64,000 nt of DNA from Squalus acanthias (taxonomy: Eukaryota): positions 434,001 through 498,000 of the forward strand of contig JASTWF010000334.1 in the NCBI GenBank assembly GCA_030390025.1, in the 5' to 3' direction. Each line of letters opens with the position of its first letter. Positions within the stretch are counted from its first letter, which is position 1. The notes beneath the pieces are model-generated. The model searched no databases. It was not told where the DNA came from and was given only the letters and a program-made list of their open reading frames with translations. This document shows, one piece after another, positions 47,911-60,764 of this stretch. The position numbers and the translations under genes were made by a program.

Positions 47911-48369
47911 CACCCAATATGATTGAAACAATGAACAATACAGAGATTTCTATTATGGATAAACCATGTGGAGAATCCCACCCCACTTCACCAAAAGCAA
48001 TTTCCCATGGGCAGGAATGGGCTCTAAGGTTCTGAAGCTCCTCAAAGGGCTGAAAGAATTTATGAAACCGAAAGCCTCTTCCCATTTCCATTCCCGCTCA
48101 GCAGGAGCCCAGCTTCGGTAGTGTAAGTTCCGGGACGCAGGAACTGTGGCTGGGGGTCATTGTGGGCAGGTTGGCGTGGATCTGGTTTGCTGTCAGGGTC
48201 AGGGGGTGCAGCAGGCAGGGCCTGGGCCTTATACAAGACCCAGTGAGAGTGGGACTACCTGGGCACATTGGAGCAGGAAATGGGGAAGGAGCAAAATGTA
48301 GCTGGTGAGACCTGCTGGTGGAGTTCGGCCTGTTGACCTTCCCGGGAACTGGGAGCACCAGGCTGGAGT

Positions 48370-48440
48370 TGATCACGTGACCCATTCAGCCAATCAGCAA
48401 TAAGTATCATGAATACTGCAGCGCCACCTAGTTGTCAGCT
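48370..48440. promoter_or_regulatory. Candidate regulatory cluster: E-box, CCAAT box, CTCF-like motif
   Basis: TCACGTGA 48373-48380, GCCAATCAG ~48389-48397, TGCAGCGCCACCTAGTTG 48417-48434, in non-repeat DNA. Confidence 0.35.
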
Positions 48441-48812
48441 CAGAAAACTGAATCAGGGCTCAGTGCAATAAATAGGAAGATTGAAGTGTGACAGGAATTG
48501 TGTGACAGGAAGCAAGAGTAATACTTACAGGAAGTATGTTTACATGGAAGACTTTGAATATATTCTCAACGTGGATAACACAGAAAGAATGTGTTATTCT
48601 TAACATCTTTTGCTGTATCTCTTTTTCCCTCTAATATCTTTTTAATCTGTTTTAGTAAATTCCTCTACTCCCAGGGCTCCCTTTTCCCTGCAGTCCTGTA
48701 CTGTTGGTTGATATTTCTTATTCCTATTTTCATTGCCCCTTTGACTCATTCTGGGACTTTGTTTAGTTTACGGTTATTTTTGGGAGTAAATATTTATCTT
48801 CCACAATCTACA

Positions 48813-49290
48813 GGATTGATTCCTGGGATAGCGGGACTGTCGTATGAGAAGAGATTGAGTAAACTAGGCCTGTATTCTCTTGAATTCAGAAGAATGGGAG
48901 GGGATCTCATTGAAGCATACAAAATTATTACAGGGCTTGATAGGGTGGATACTGGAAGAATGTTTCCATTGGCTGGGGAGTCCAGAACCAGGAGCCACAG
49001 CCTCAGGATAAAGGGTAGGCCATTCAGGACTGAGATGAGAAGAAATTTCTTCACACAGAGGGTGGTGAATCTTTGGAATTCTCTACCCCAGAGGGCTATG
49101 GAGGCTCAGTCATTGGGTATATTCAAAACAGAAGTCGATAGATTTCTGACTAGTAAGGGCATCAAGGGATATGGCGATAGGGCCGGTGAATGGAGTTGAG
49201 GCAGAAGATCAGCCATGATCTCGTTGAATGGCGGAGCAGGCTCGAAGAGCCGAATGGCCTACTCCTGCTCCTATTTCTTATGTTCTTACA
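48813..49290 (+). mobile_element. CR1 LINE 3' fragment
   Basis: LIPGIAGLSYEKRL..LYSLEFRRM..RRNFFTQRVVNLWNSLP, plus 3' UTR. Confidence 0.88.
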
Positions 49291-49685
49291 TTAGTGCAGG
49301 TTTAAATCAGATCCAATTTCCTTTCACAGATTCCTTTCAGTAATATTTCCCAGTTCATTTCTTTCAGTTCATCTCCTCCTTTTAAAGTTTGTCTTCTTAA
49401 AACAAAAAGGCACAGTTATTGAAAGTTAATTTTACAAAGTCTGTGCCGCCTTCTCCCCGATGCAGTATTGAGTGAAGAGGTGGGTCGGAAGCTACAGTGG
49501 GACAGGAAGGCTGCTATAAACTAGACTCACACAGCATCAAACACATAGCTCAAGATGCAATTACATTTATTATTGGCTGAGAGACTAAGTCAGTACAATC
49601 ACCACAGGCAGTGACTGCGGCTACAAACAAATCGAGGCACTGAATCCACTCCTGGAAAGGATCCGTGGAGCATCGGCAGATTCTT

Positions 49686-49765
49686 CTAACTACAGCCCAG
49701 TTTGTAGGAGCAAACGAAAGGATATTGTATACCACAGGGCGCATTACTCCATTCACCTACAGCAC
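49686..49765 (-). CDS. C-type lectin, last coding exon
   Basis: Acceptor TTTCCAG; (G)AVGEWSNAPCGIQYPFVCSYKLGCS*; phase matches the preceding exon; AATAAA on - at 49571-49566. Confidence 0.85.
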
Positions 49766-49892
49766 CTGGAAATAGAAAAATTGAATCCAACATTTACCCC
49801 TCAGCGAATCAGGCAGATATTTGTTTAATTGTTTCATCCTTTCTCTATGGGAGTCAGTGTCTGTGATCCATTAATTTTCCCTGTCTTTTGAT

Positions 49893-52800
49893 CATAGATT
49901 CATACAATCATAGAATGGTTACAGCACAGTAGGCCCTGCTGGCTCTCTGCAAGAGTACTTCAGCTAGTCCCACTCCCCCGCCCTTTCTCCGCAGCCCTGC
50001 AATTTTTTTCTTTCAGGTACTTATCTAATTCCCTTTTGAAAGCCATGATTGAATCTGCCTCCACCACCCTTTCAGGCAGCGCATTCCAGATCCTAACCAC
50101 TCGCTGCATAAAATGGTTTTTCCTCATGTCACCTTTGGACCTTCTGCCAATCACTTAAATCTGTGACCCCTGGTTCTTGACCCTTCCGTCAATGGGAACA
50201 GTTTCTCTCTATCTACTCTGTCCTGACCCCTCATGATTTTGAACACCTCTATCAAATCTCCTCTCAATCTTCTCTGCTCTCAAGGAGAACAACCCCAGTT
50301 TCTCCAGTCTATCCACGTAGCTGAAGTCCCTCATCCCTGGAACCATTCTTGTAGATCTTTTCTGCATCCTTCCTAAAGTGCGGTGCCCAGAATTGGGTAC
50401 AATACTCCAGTTGAGGCCAAACCAGTGTTTTATACAGGTTCATCAGGACTTCCTTGCTTTTGGACTCTATGGGCTGGATTTTCTCAGCCCCGAGGAGGTG
50501 GGACTGCCGGTAAAGTAGCAGAAAGTGGGGCGGATGGCAAACCCGCCCCCATCCTGCCTCCGTGCCCTTTTGTCAGGAGGCAGGGAGATGTGCTACTTCA
50601 GGCCCCGTCTCCTGGAGGCGGGAAAGGCATTAAATACTTTTAACGGCCTGTTAACAGGTAGTTATCAGGCAGAAAAAAGGATTAGTGCCATTTTGCCTTC
50701 TCAGGTGAAGGCTTCCCGACCTCGGAGAACCCCGTCGGGTTGGTGGAGACGTGAAGGAGATCTGCGGGGGTCGGAGGCACCTGGAAGTAAGATGTAGAGG
50801 TGAGTGATGGGTGCAAGTGTGGAGTGGTAAGTATGTAAGGTGAGTGTTAAGTGTCAAAAAATCTTCACTTACCTTGTTTTCTTCCTACAGCCTTCATCCA
50901 CCCTGGATCGGGAGACCCGACATCTTCCTTGTCGATTTCACAGACTGGCTGTTGGATCCTCCGACCCAACAGCCATCTGAAATCGACAAAGTTGAAAGGT
51001 TTGATGAGTCCTGAACACCAGGACTCATCAAACTACAGAGAATGTCAGTGTTTGACAGCTTCACAGAGCTGTCAAATGCTAACAATTCTTCTTTCAAGAA
51101 GTCTTGACAGATAGCACGTCAGACGTTGACGTGCTCTGTCAGTGACTTCCTCCCTAATTGGCCTGCTGAGCCCGCAGGGCAGGCTTAACAAGGTCAATCA
51201 GGGGAAAATCCCTCTGGTTGGTCAGAAGATGATGGAGGTGGGACACTGACCCGATAAGCAGCAGTCCCACCTCCAACTCGTCTCCATTGAGAAAATCCAG
51301 CCCATTGCCTCTATTTATAAAGCCCAGGATCCCCTATGTTTTTTTAACCGCTTTCTCAACCTGTCCTGCCACCTTCAACGATTTGTGCACATATACCCAC
51401 CGGTCTCTCTGTTCATGCACCTCCTTTAGAATTGTATCCTTTAGTTTATAATGCCTCTCCTCGTTCTTCCTTCCAGAATGTATCACTTCACACTTTTCTG
51501 CATTAAACTTCATCTGCCACGTGTCCGCCCATTCCACCAGCCTGTCTATGTCCTCTTGAAGTCTATCCCTATCCTGCTCATTGTTCACTACAGTTCCAAG
51601 TTTTGTGTCATCTGCAAATTTTGAAATAGTGCCCTGTACAACTAAGTCCAAATCATTAATATATATCAAGAAAAGCAGTGGTCCTCGTACCAATCCCTGG
51701 GGAACACCACTGTATACCTTCCTCCAGTCTGAAAAACAACCATTCAGAACTAATATCTGTTTTCTGTCACTTAGCCAATTTCATATCCAAGGTTCCACTG
51801 TCCCTGTGATTCCATGGGCTTTAACTTTGCTGGCCAGCCTATTATGTGGCACTTTATCAAATGCCTTTGGAAGTCCATGTACACCACATCAAACGCATTG
51901 GCCCCATCAAGCCTCTCTGTTACCTCATCAAAAAATTCAATCAAGTTGGTTAAACACGATTTGCCTTTAACAAATCCATGCTGGCTTTCCTTAATTAATC
52001 CACACTTGTCCAAGTGACTGTTAATTTTGTCCCGGATTATTGTTTCTAAAAGCTTCCCCACCACTGAGGTTAAACTGACTGGCCTGTAGTTGCTGGGTTT
52101 ATATTTACACCTTGTTTTGAACAAGGGTGTAACATTTACAATTCTCCAGCTCTCTGGCACCACCCCCGTGTCCAAGGAGGATTGGAAGATTATGGCCAGT
52201 ACCTCTGCAATTCCCACCTTTACTTCCCTCAGCATCCGAGGAAGCATCTCATCCGGTTCTGGTGACTTATCTACTTCTTTAAGTACAGCCAGCTTTTCTA
52301 GCACCTCCTCTTTATCAATTTTTATCCCATCCAATATCTCAACTACCTCCTCTTTCACTGTGACTTTGGCAGTGTCTTCTTCCTTGGTGAAGACAGATTC
52401 AAAGTACCTCAGCCATACCCTCTGCCTCCATGCGTAGGTCTCCTTTTTGGTCCCTAATCAGCCCCACCCCTCCTCTTACTACCCGTTTACTATTTATGTG
52501 CCTATAGAAAACTTTTGGATTTCTTTTTATGTTAGTTGCCAGTCTATTCTCATACTCCTTCTTTTCCCCTCTTATTTCCTTTTTCATTTCCCCTCTGAAC
52601 TTTCTATATTCAGCCTGGTCCTCACTTGTATTCTCAACCGAACATCGGTCATATGCCCCTTTTTTCCGCTTTATCTTACTTTCTCTCTCTTTCATCATCC
52701 AGGGCTTTGGTTGCCCTACCTTTCCCCCTCGTGGGAATATACCTTGACTGTACCTGAACCATCTCCTCTTTAAAGGCAGCCCATTGTTCGATTTACAGTT

Positions 52801-52945
52801 TTGCCTGCCAATCTTTGATTCCAATTTACCCGGGCCAGCTCTGTTCTCAACCCACTGAAATTGGCTCTCCTCCAGTTAAATATTTTGATACTAGATTGCT
52901 CTTTGTCCTTTTCCATAGCTAACCTAAAACTTATGATACTATGAG
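49893..52945 (-). mobile_element. CR1 LINE ORF2 fragment, interrupted by a MITE
   Basis: YRPVSLTSVV, QHGFVKGKSCLTNL, FADDTKL and CR1 C-terminal motifs. Confidence 0.88.
50471..51303. mobile_element. MITE with 16-bp TIRs (Harbinger-type termini)
   Basis: GGGCTGGATTTTCTCA / TGAGAAAATCCAGCCC perfect TIR; CR1 is continuous on both sides; TSD imperfect (TAT/ATT). Confidence 0.8.
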
Positions 52946-53492
52946 TTCACCTTGTAAATAAAGTGATGCACTTCCTGTTGTGTTGCCGTGTGCACTCAGT
53001 CAGTGTGTGTCTCACTGAAATCTGGAAACCTCACAATATTCAGTGGGGTTTGGACAGTTCCTGACTGAAGATTGCGAGCTCACCCTGGGCTGGGTTTCCC
53101 AGTGTGGGGTGGACAGCAAGGCCTCACCACCAGGGCTAAACAGTCACCTTCCCCACTGCACGGACTTCACACGATTGGAGCAAAGGCTGTGATTTCTGGA
53201 GTTAGATTCTCTGTGTCCAGATTATATCATTTTAAATCTGGGAATTGAAACCCTGTGAAAAAGCGGGAGGGGCTTTTGGTGCATCAGTAAAGTGAGCGCC
53301 GGATACAAGAAGGTTGAATAATTTTCTGGGAATGTTGTGTAAACACAGAGAGGAGTCCTGCCCATTCGGAGTATGGCTTCAGTACATGTCAGGATCAGTT
53401 CAGTAAATATGGGCCAATTATAACACAGGTCTCAGTTTAGCCTCATCACTGCAGAATCCACAGAGATGGTCAATTGAGTGGAGGGAGAAACT

Positions 53493-53787
53493 GTAGTGTT
53501 ACACCCAGTGTACATTTCTCTACCTGCAGTGTTACACCCAGTGTAGGTTCCTCTATCAACAGTGTTACACCCAGTGTACGTTCCTCTATCTAGTGTTACA
53601 CCCAGTGTACATTTCTCTACCTGCAGTGTTACACCCAGTGTAGGTTCCTCTATCTGCAGTGTTACACCCAGTGTACGTTCCTCTATCTACAGTTTTACAC
53701 CCAGTGTACGTTCCTCTATCTGCAGTGTTACAACCAGTGTACATTTCTCTGTCTACAGTGTTACACCCAGTGTACGTTCCTCTATCT
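53493..53787 (+). repeat. Minisatellite, ~33-bp unit CAGTGTTACACCCAGTGTACGTTCCTCTATCTG
   Basis: About nine tandem copies. Confidence 0.9.
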
Positions 53788-53789
53788 TT

Positions 53790-56700
53790 TATTTTAATTG
53801 TTCATAGGATGTGGGCGTCGCTGGCAAGGCCAGCAATTATTGGCCATCCCTAATTGCCTTGGAGAAGCTGCTGGTGAGCTGCCTTCTTGAATCACTGCCA
53901 TCTGTGTGCTCCCATAGTGCTGTTAGGGAAAGATTTCCAGGATTATGACCCAGTGACAATGAAGGAACGGAGATATATTTTCAAGTCAGGATGGTGTGTG
54001 ACTTGGAGAGGAACTTGCACGTCTTGGTGTTCTCATGTACCTGCTGCCCTTGTCCTTCTAGGTGGTAGTGTTTGCGGGTTTTGGAGGTTCTGCCAAAGAA
54101 GCCTCGGCGAGTTGCTGCAGTGTATTGTATAGATGGTACACACTGCAGCCACGGTGCGCCGGTGGTGGAGGGAGCGAATGTTTCAGGTGGTGGATGGGGA
54201 GCAAATCAAGCGGGTTGCTTTGTCCTGGATGGTGTCCAGCTTCTTGAGTGTAGTTGCAACTGCACTCATCCAGGCAAGTGGTGACTATTTTGTCACACTC
54301 CTCACTTGTGCCTTGTAGATGGTGGAAAGGTTTAGGGGAAAGGTTTGGGGGAGTCATGATGTGAGTCACTCGCTGCAGAATACTCAGCCTCTGAACTGTA
54401 CTTGAAGGCACAGTATTTATGTGGCTGGTCCAGTTAAGTTGCTGATCAATGGTGACTCCCAGGATGTTGATGGTGGGGGATTCGGTGATGGTAATGCCGT
54501 TGAATGTCAAGGGGCGGTGGTTAGACTCACTCTTGTTGGAGATGGTCATTGCCTGTCACTTGTGTGGTACCAATATTAATTGTCACTTATCAGCCCAAGC
54601 CTGAATGTCGTCCAGGTCTTGCAGCATGCGGGCATGGACTGCTTCATTATCTGAGGAGTTGCGAATGGAATTGAACACTGTGCAATCATCAGCGAACATC
54701 CCCACTTTTGACCTTATGTTGGGGGGAAGGTCATTGATGATGCAGCTGAAGATGGTTGAGACCCTGCCCTGAGGAACACCTGCAGCGATGTTCTGGGGCT
54801 GAGATGATTGACCTCCAACAACCACAAACATCTTCCTTTGTGCTAGGTATGACTCCATCAAGTGGAGAGTTTTCCCCCTGATTTCAATTGATTTCAATTT
54901 TACTCGGGCTCCTTGATGCCACACTCAGTCAAATGCTGCCTTGATGTCAAGGGCAATCATGAACGGTAGCATAGTGGTTATGTTACTGGACTAGTAATCC
55001 AGAGGCCTGGATTAATGACCGGAGACGTGAGTTCATAATCCCACCACGGCAGCTGGGGAATTTGAATTCAGTTAATTAAATAAATCTGGAATAAAAAGCT
55101 AGTATCAGTAATGATGACCATGAAGCTATTGGATTGTTTACTAATGTCCTTTAGGGAAGGAAATCTGCCGTCCTTACCTGGTCTGTCCTATATGTGACTC
55201 CAGACCCACAGCAATGTAGTTGACTTAACTGCCGCTGAAACGGCCAAGCATGCCACTCAGTTGTAACAAACCGCTACGAGAAGCAATAATAAGAATAAAA
55301 CCAGACGGACCACCTGGCATCGACCTGGCACCAGATTAGGACATGAAAATGGCACACCCAGCCCAGTCGATAATCTGGGGACTTGTGCCAAAATTGGGAG
55401 AGCTGTCCCACAGACTAGTCAAGCAATAGCCTGACATAGTCATACTCACAGAATCATACCTTTCAGCCAATGTCCCAAACTCCTCCATCACCATCCCTGG
55501 GTATGACCTGTCCCACCGGCAGGACAGACCCACCAGAGGTGGCGGCACAGTGGTATACAGTTGGGAGTGGCCCTGGGAGTCCTCAACATTGACTCCAAAC
55601 CCCATGAAGGCTCATGGCTTCAGGTCAAGCATGGGCAAGGAAACCTCCTGCTGATTACCACCTACCGCCCTCCCTCAGCTGATGAATCAGTTATCCTCCC
55701 TGTTGAACATCACTTGGAAGAAGCACTGAGGGTAGCAAGGGCACAGAATGTACTCTGGGTGGGGGACTTCAGTGTACAAGAGAGAAAAATGTACTTGACC
55801 TCATCCTCACCAATCTGTCTGTCACAGATGCACCTGTCTATGACAGCATTGGTAGGAGTGACCACTGCACAGTCCTTGTGGAGATGAAGTCCCATCTTCA
55901 CACTGAGGACACCCTCCATCATGTTGTGTGGCACCTCATGGCCCAGCATATCCCTCACTCTACCATTACCATCAAGCCAGGAGACCAGGCCTGGTTCAAA
56001 GAGGAGTGTAGAAGAGCATGCCAGGAGCAGCACCAGGCGTATCTAAAAATGAGGTGCCAACCTGGGGAAGCTGCAACCCAAGACTAGATGCATGCTAAAC
56101 AGTGAAAGCAGCATGCTATAGGCAGAGCTATGCGATTCCACAATCAACAGATCAGATCAAAGCTCTGCAGTCCTGCCACATCCAGTCGTGAATGGTGGTG
56201 GAGAGTTAAACATCTAACGGGAGGAGGAGGCTCCATGAATATCCCCATCCTCAATGATGGTGGAGCCCAACATGCGAGCACAAAAGACAAGGCTGAAGCG
56301 TTTGCAACCATCTTCAGCCAGAAGTGCCAAGTGGATGATCCATATTGGCCTACTCCCGAGGTCCCCACCATCACAGAAGCCAGTCTTCAGCCAATTTGAT
56401 TCACTCCATGTGATATCAAGAAATGGCTGAGCGCATTGGATACAGCAAAGGCTATGGGCCCTGACAACATCAACGCTGTCGTGCTGAAGACTTGTGCTCC
56501 AGAACTGGTTGCGCCTCTAGCCAAGCTGTTCCAGTACAGCTACAACACTGGCATCCACCCGACAATGTGGAAAACTGCCCAGGTATGTCCTGTCCATAAA
56601 CAGCAGGACAAATCCAATCCAGCCAATTACTGCCCCATACTTTCAATCATCAGCAAAGTGATAGATGGTGTCGTCGACAGTGCTATCAAGCGGCACTTAC

Positions 56701-59480
56701 TCAGTAATAACCTTCTCACCGATGCTCAGTTTGGGTTCCGCCAAGACCACTCGGCTCCCAATCTCATTACAACCTTAGTCCAAACATGGACAAAAGAGCT
56801 GAATTCCAGAGGTGAGGTGAGAGTCATTGCCCTTGACATCAAGGCAGCATTTGACTGAGTGTGGCATCAAGGAGCCCTAGTAAAATTGAAGTCAATGGGA
56901 ATCAGGGGGAAAACTCTCCACTTGATGGAGTTATACCTAACACAAAGGAAGATGGTTGTGGTAGTTGGAGGTCAATCATCTCAGCCCCAGGACATCACTG
57001 CAGGAGTTCCTCAGGGCAGTGTCCTTGGCCTAACCATCTTCAGCTGCTTCATCAATGACCTTCCCTCCATCATAAGGTCAGAAGTGGGGATGGTCGCTGA
57101 TGATTGCACAGTGTTCAGCGCCATTCACAACTCCTCAGATAATGAAGCAGTTTGTGCCTGCATGCTGCAAGGCCTGGACGACATTCAGGCTTGATCTGAT
57201 AAGTGGCAGGTAACATTCACGCCACACATGTGCCAGGCAATGATTAGCTCCAACAAGCGAGAGTCTAGCCACCGCCCCATGACATTCAACGGCATTACCA
57301 TCGCCGAATCCCCCACTATCAACATCCTTGAGGTAACCATTGACCAGAAACATAACTGGACCAGCCGCATAAATACTGTGGCGACAAGAGCAGGTCAGAG
57401 GCAGGGTATTCTCTGGCCTCCTTATTCCCCAAAGCCTTTCCACCATTTACAAGGTACAAGTCAGGAGTGTGATGGAATACTCTCAACATGCCTGGACGAG
57501 TGCAGCTCCAACAACATTCAAGAAGCTCAACACCATCCAGGACAAAGCAGCCCGCTTGATTGGTACCTCATCCACCACCTTAAACATTCACTCCCTCCAC
57601 CACCGGCGTACTGTGGCTGCAGTGTGGACCATCTACAAGATGCACTGCAACAATTCGACAAAGTTTCTTCAGCAACACTTCCCAAACCCGCGACCTCTAC
57701 CACCTAGAAGGACAAGGGCAGCAGGCGCATGGGAACACCACTACCTGCAAGTTCTCCTCCAAGATACACACCATCCTGACTTGGAAATATATTGCCATTC
57801 CCTCATCGTCGCGGGGTCAAAATCTAGGAACTCCCTAACAGCACTGTGGGAGTACCTTCACCACACGGACTGCAGCGGTTCAAGAAGACGGCTCACCACC
57901 ACCTTCTCAAGGGCAATTAGGGATGAGCAATAAATGCCAGCGACGCCCACATCCCATGAACGAACAAAAATAAACTCTCACCTCACCTCTGGAGTTCAGC
58001 TCTTTTGTCCATGTTTGGACCAAAGCTGCAATAGGTCTGGAACCGAGTGGTCTTGGCGGAAGCAAAACTGGGCATTGGTGAGCAGGTTATTGGTAAGTGT
58101 TGCTTGATAGCACTGTCAACGACACCTTCCATCACTTTGCTGATGATTGAGAGTAAACTGATGGGGGCGATAATTGGCTGGATTATATTTGTCCTGCTTT
58201 TTGTGGACAGGACATACCTGGGCAATGTTCCACTTTGTCGGGTAGATGCCAGCTATACTGGAACAGCTTGGCTGGAGGCATGGCTTGTTCTGGATCACAA
58301 GTCTTCAGCACGACAGCCGGGATGTTGTCGGGACCCATAGCCTTTGCTTTATATAGTGCGCTCAGCCATTTCTTGAAATCACATGGAGTGAATCGAATTG
58401 GCTGAAGACTAGCTTCTGTGGTGGTGGGAGCTCAGGAAGAGGCCGTTATGGATCATCCGCTTCAGCCTTGTCTTTTGCACTCGCATGCTGGGATCCGCCA
58501 TGATTGAGGATGGGGATGTACATGGAGCCTCCTCCTCCCATTAGTTGTTTAATCGTCCACCACCATTCATGACTAGATGTGGCAGAACTGTGTAGCTTTG
58601 AGTTGATCCGTTCGTTATGGGATTGTTTAGCTCTATCTATAGCATGCTTTTCCTGCTGTTTAGCATGTATGTAGTCCTGTGTTGTAGCTTCACCTTGTTG
58701 GCACTTTATTTTTAGGTACGTCTGGTGCTGCTCCTGGCATGCTTTTCTACATTCCTCATTGAGCCAGAGTCAGTCGTCTGGCTTGATGATAATGGTAGAG
58801 TGAGGGATATGCTGGGCCATGAGGCCACAGATTGACGTTAAAACACTATTCTGCTGCTGTTGATGACCCCAGCACCTCATGGATGCCCTGTTTGGAGCTG
58901 CTAGCTCTGTTCTGAATCTATCCCATGGTGGTAGTGCCACATAACATGATAGAGGGTGTCCTCTGTGTGAAGACGGGGCTTTGTCTCCACAAGGACTGTG
59001 CGGTGGTCACTCCTACCAATACTGTCATGGACAGATGCATCTGCGACACGTAAATTGGTGAGAATGAGGTCAAGTAGGTTTTTCCCTCATGTTGATTCTC
59101 TCACCACATGCCGCAGGCCCAGTTTGACAGCTATGGCCTTCAGGACTTAGTCAGCTCGGTCAGTATAGGTGCTACCGAGCCACTCTTGGGGATGGACATT
59201 GAAGTTCCCCACCCAGAGTAAATTCTGTGTTCTTGCTACCCTCCGTGCTTCTTCCAAGTGGTGTTCAACATGGAGGAGTACTGATTCAGCAGCTGAGGGA
59301 GGGTGGTAGATGTTAATCAGCAGGAGGTTCCCTTGCTCATGTTTGGCCTGATGTCATGAGCCTTCATGGGGTCCGGAGTCAATGTTGAGAACTCCCAGGG
59401 CCACTCCCTCCTGACTGTATACCACTGTGCCGCCACATCTGGTGGGTCTGTCCTGCTGGTGGGACAGGGCATACCCAGGG
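53790..59480 (-). mobile_element. LINE family B copy on -, split at 54960/57975 by an opposite-strand copy
   Basis: ..GTCAAGGGCAATCA | CTCTCACCTCACCTCTGG.. rejoins to match the intact copy near 61900-61930. Confidence 0.85.
54961..57974 (+). mobile_element. Near full-length LINE family B with tRNA-derived 5' head and a single degraded APE-RT ORF
   Basis: A-box TAGCATAGTGG and B-box-like GAGTTCATAATCC, then IWGLVPKLGEL..PDIVILTES, WVGDF, RT motifs, 3' tail and A-rich end. Confidence 0.8.
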
Positions 59481-59589
59481 AGTGCTAATAGGACAAGTAA
59501 AGAAACAAAAAATGGTTCTAGAGGAGCTATAAATGGCAACAGCAAAATCATTACCAGCAGCGAATACAGTATGCTAAATTTTCACCAAA

Positions 59590-59892
59590 ATGTTCTTTTC
59601 ACCATGGATGACCAGTCCCTCTACACCTCCATTCCCTACCAGGAGGGCCTGTGGGCCCTCCCTTCATCCTGGAATGGAGGCCCAATCAATCCCTATCCAC
59701 CACTACAGTCCTCCTCCTGGCTGAACTTGTTCTTACATTGAACAACTTCTCCTTTGACTTGCTTAAAATCTGTTACATCTCGAACCTTTGCCAGTTCTGA
59801 TGAAAGGTCAATGACCTGAAACGTTAACTCTGTTTCTCTCCCCACAGATGCTGCCTGACCTCTTGAGTATTTCCAGCAATTTCCATTTTTAT
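59590..59892 (+). mobile_element. Internally deleted Penelope (RT fragment + pLTR with hammerhead)
   Basis: LFTMDDQSLYTSIPYQEGL..LAELVLTLNNFSFD; AGTT-CTGATGA..GAAACGTT-AACT ~59793-59829. Confidence 0.75.
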
Positions 59893-60027
59893 AAGTAAAT
59901 ATTTAAACGAACTTATTATCAATTACCAAATCCACTTCATAAATATCTATCTGTAATTTTCGGGCTGCACCCTCCACGCTGCTTGTGACATCACTGCTTC
60001 ACTTTTCCACTCTGTGTTTGTTTGCGA

Positions 60028-60265
60028 CGCTCTCTGTCGCTCTCTCTCTGCGCCTGCGCTGTATTTATGTTCCTCCATCTCCCACAATGCTCTCTGTCGC
60101 TCTCTCTCTGCGCCTGCGCTGTATTTATGTTCCTCCATCTCCCACAATGCTCTCTGTCGCTCTCTCTCTGCGCTTGTGCTGTATTTATGTTCCTCCATCT
60201 CCCACAATGCTCTCTGTCCCTCGCTCTCCGCGCTTGCGCTGTATTTATGTTCCTCAATCTTCCTG
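60028..60265 (+). repeat. 60-bp tandem repeat, ~4 copies (intronic)
   Basis: GCTCTCTGTCGCTCTCTCTCTGCGCCTGCGCTGTATTTATGTTCCTCCATCTCCCACAAT repeated. Confidence 0.9.
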
Positions 60266-60352
60266 CGATGCTCTCTGCCTCTCTGATCTATCCATTTTTC
60301 TGGAATTAATTTCCAATAAAATACTGTTTCCATAACACTTGTATCAACTTAC

Positions 60353-60461
60353 CGTAATTCATTTGCACACAGTTCTCCGTTACCTGATGATTATCGGGCT
60401 GATGCACATACCATTTTGTGAAATCAAATGAAGATCCATCAGTCCAAAGAAAAGTCCACAG
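60353..60461 (-). CDS. C-type lectin, penultimate coding exon (QPD motif)
   Basis: TTTCAG|LWTFLWTDGSSFDFTKWYVHQPDNHQVTENCVQMNY+G|GTAAGT (109 nt). Confidence 0.9.
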
Positions 60462-60549
60462 CTGAAAGACAGAAATAAAGTAATCATTTCAAAATGAATA
60501 TTTCTCTTTCAATAAACAATTTGTGATATAGTAACTCAGACAACGTTAC

Positions 60550-60690
60550 CTTGTGGATGTCACTCAAACCGATCCAAGTCAAAGGAGATGATCTGTCTTT
60601 TGCCTTTATCACCTGCTTAATGAACTCGTTCTGTTTATCCCAGTGTATGGAGGCAAGATGGCCGCCTGGAGCCAGTGCTTGGCAGTACAG
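60550..60690 (-). CDS. C-type lectin, internal exon (WIGL motif); earlier exons probably lie beyond the window end
   Basis: TTTAAAG|LYCQALAPGGHLASIHWDKQNEFIKQVIKAKDRSSPLTWIGLSDIHK|GTAACG (141 nt). Confidence 0.9.
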
Positions 60691-60764
60691 CTTTAAATAA
60701 AAATAAAACAGACCATTTGTTGTTTATCACCTTTTTACATTGACCATGTACAGTTCCGTTTTTT

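Noticed and set aside
54961..55050. Functional tRNA gene
   Set aside because: A/B-box-like motifs but no complete cloverleaf; it runs straight into retroposon sequence.
59947..60335. Repetitive ORFs on both strands
   Set aside because: Translations of the intronic 60-bp tandem repeat.
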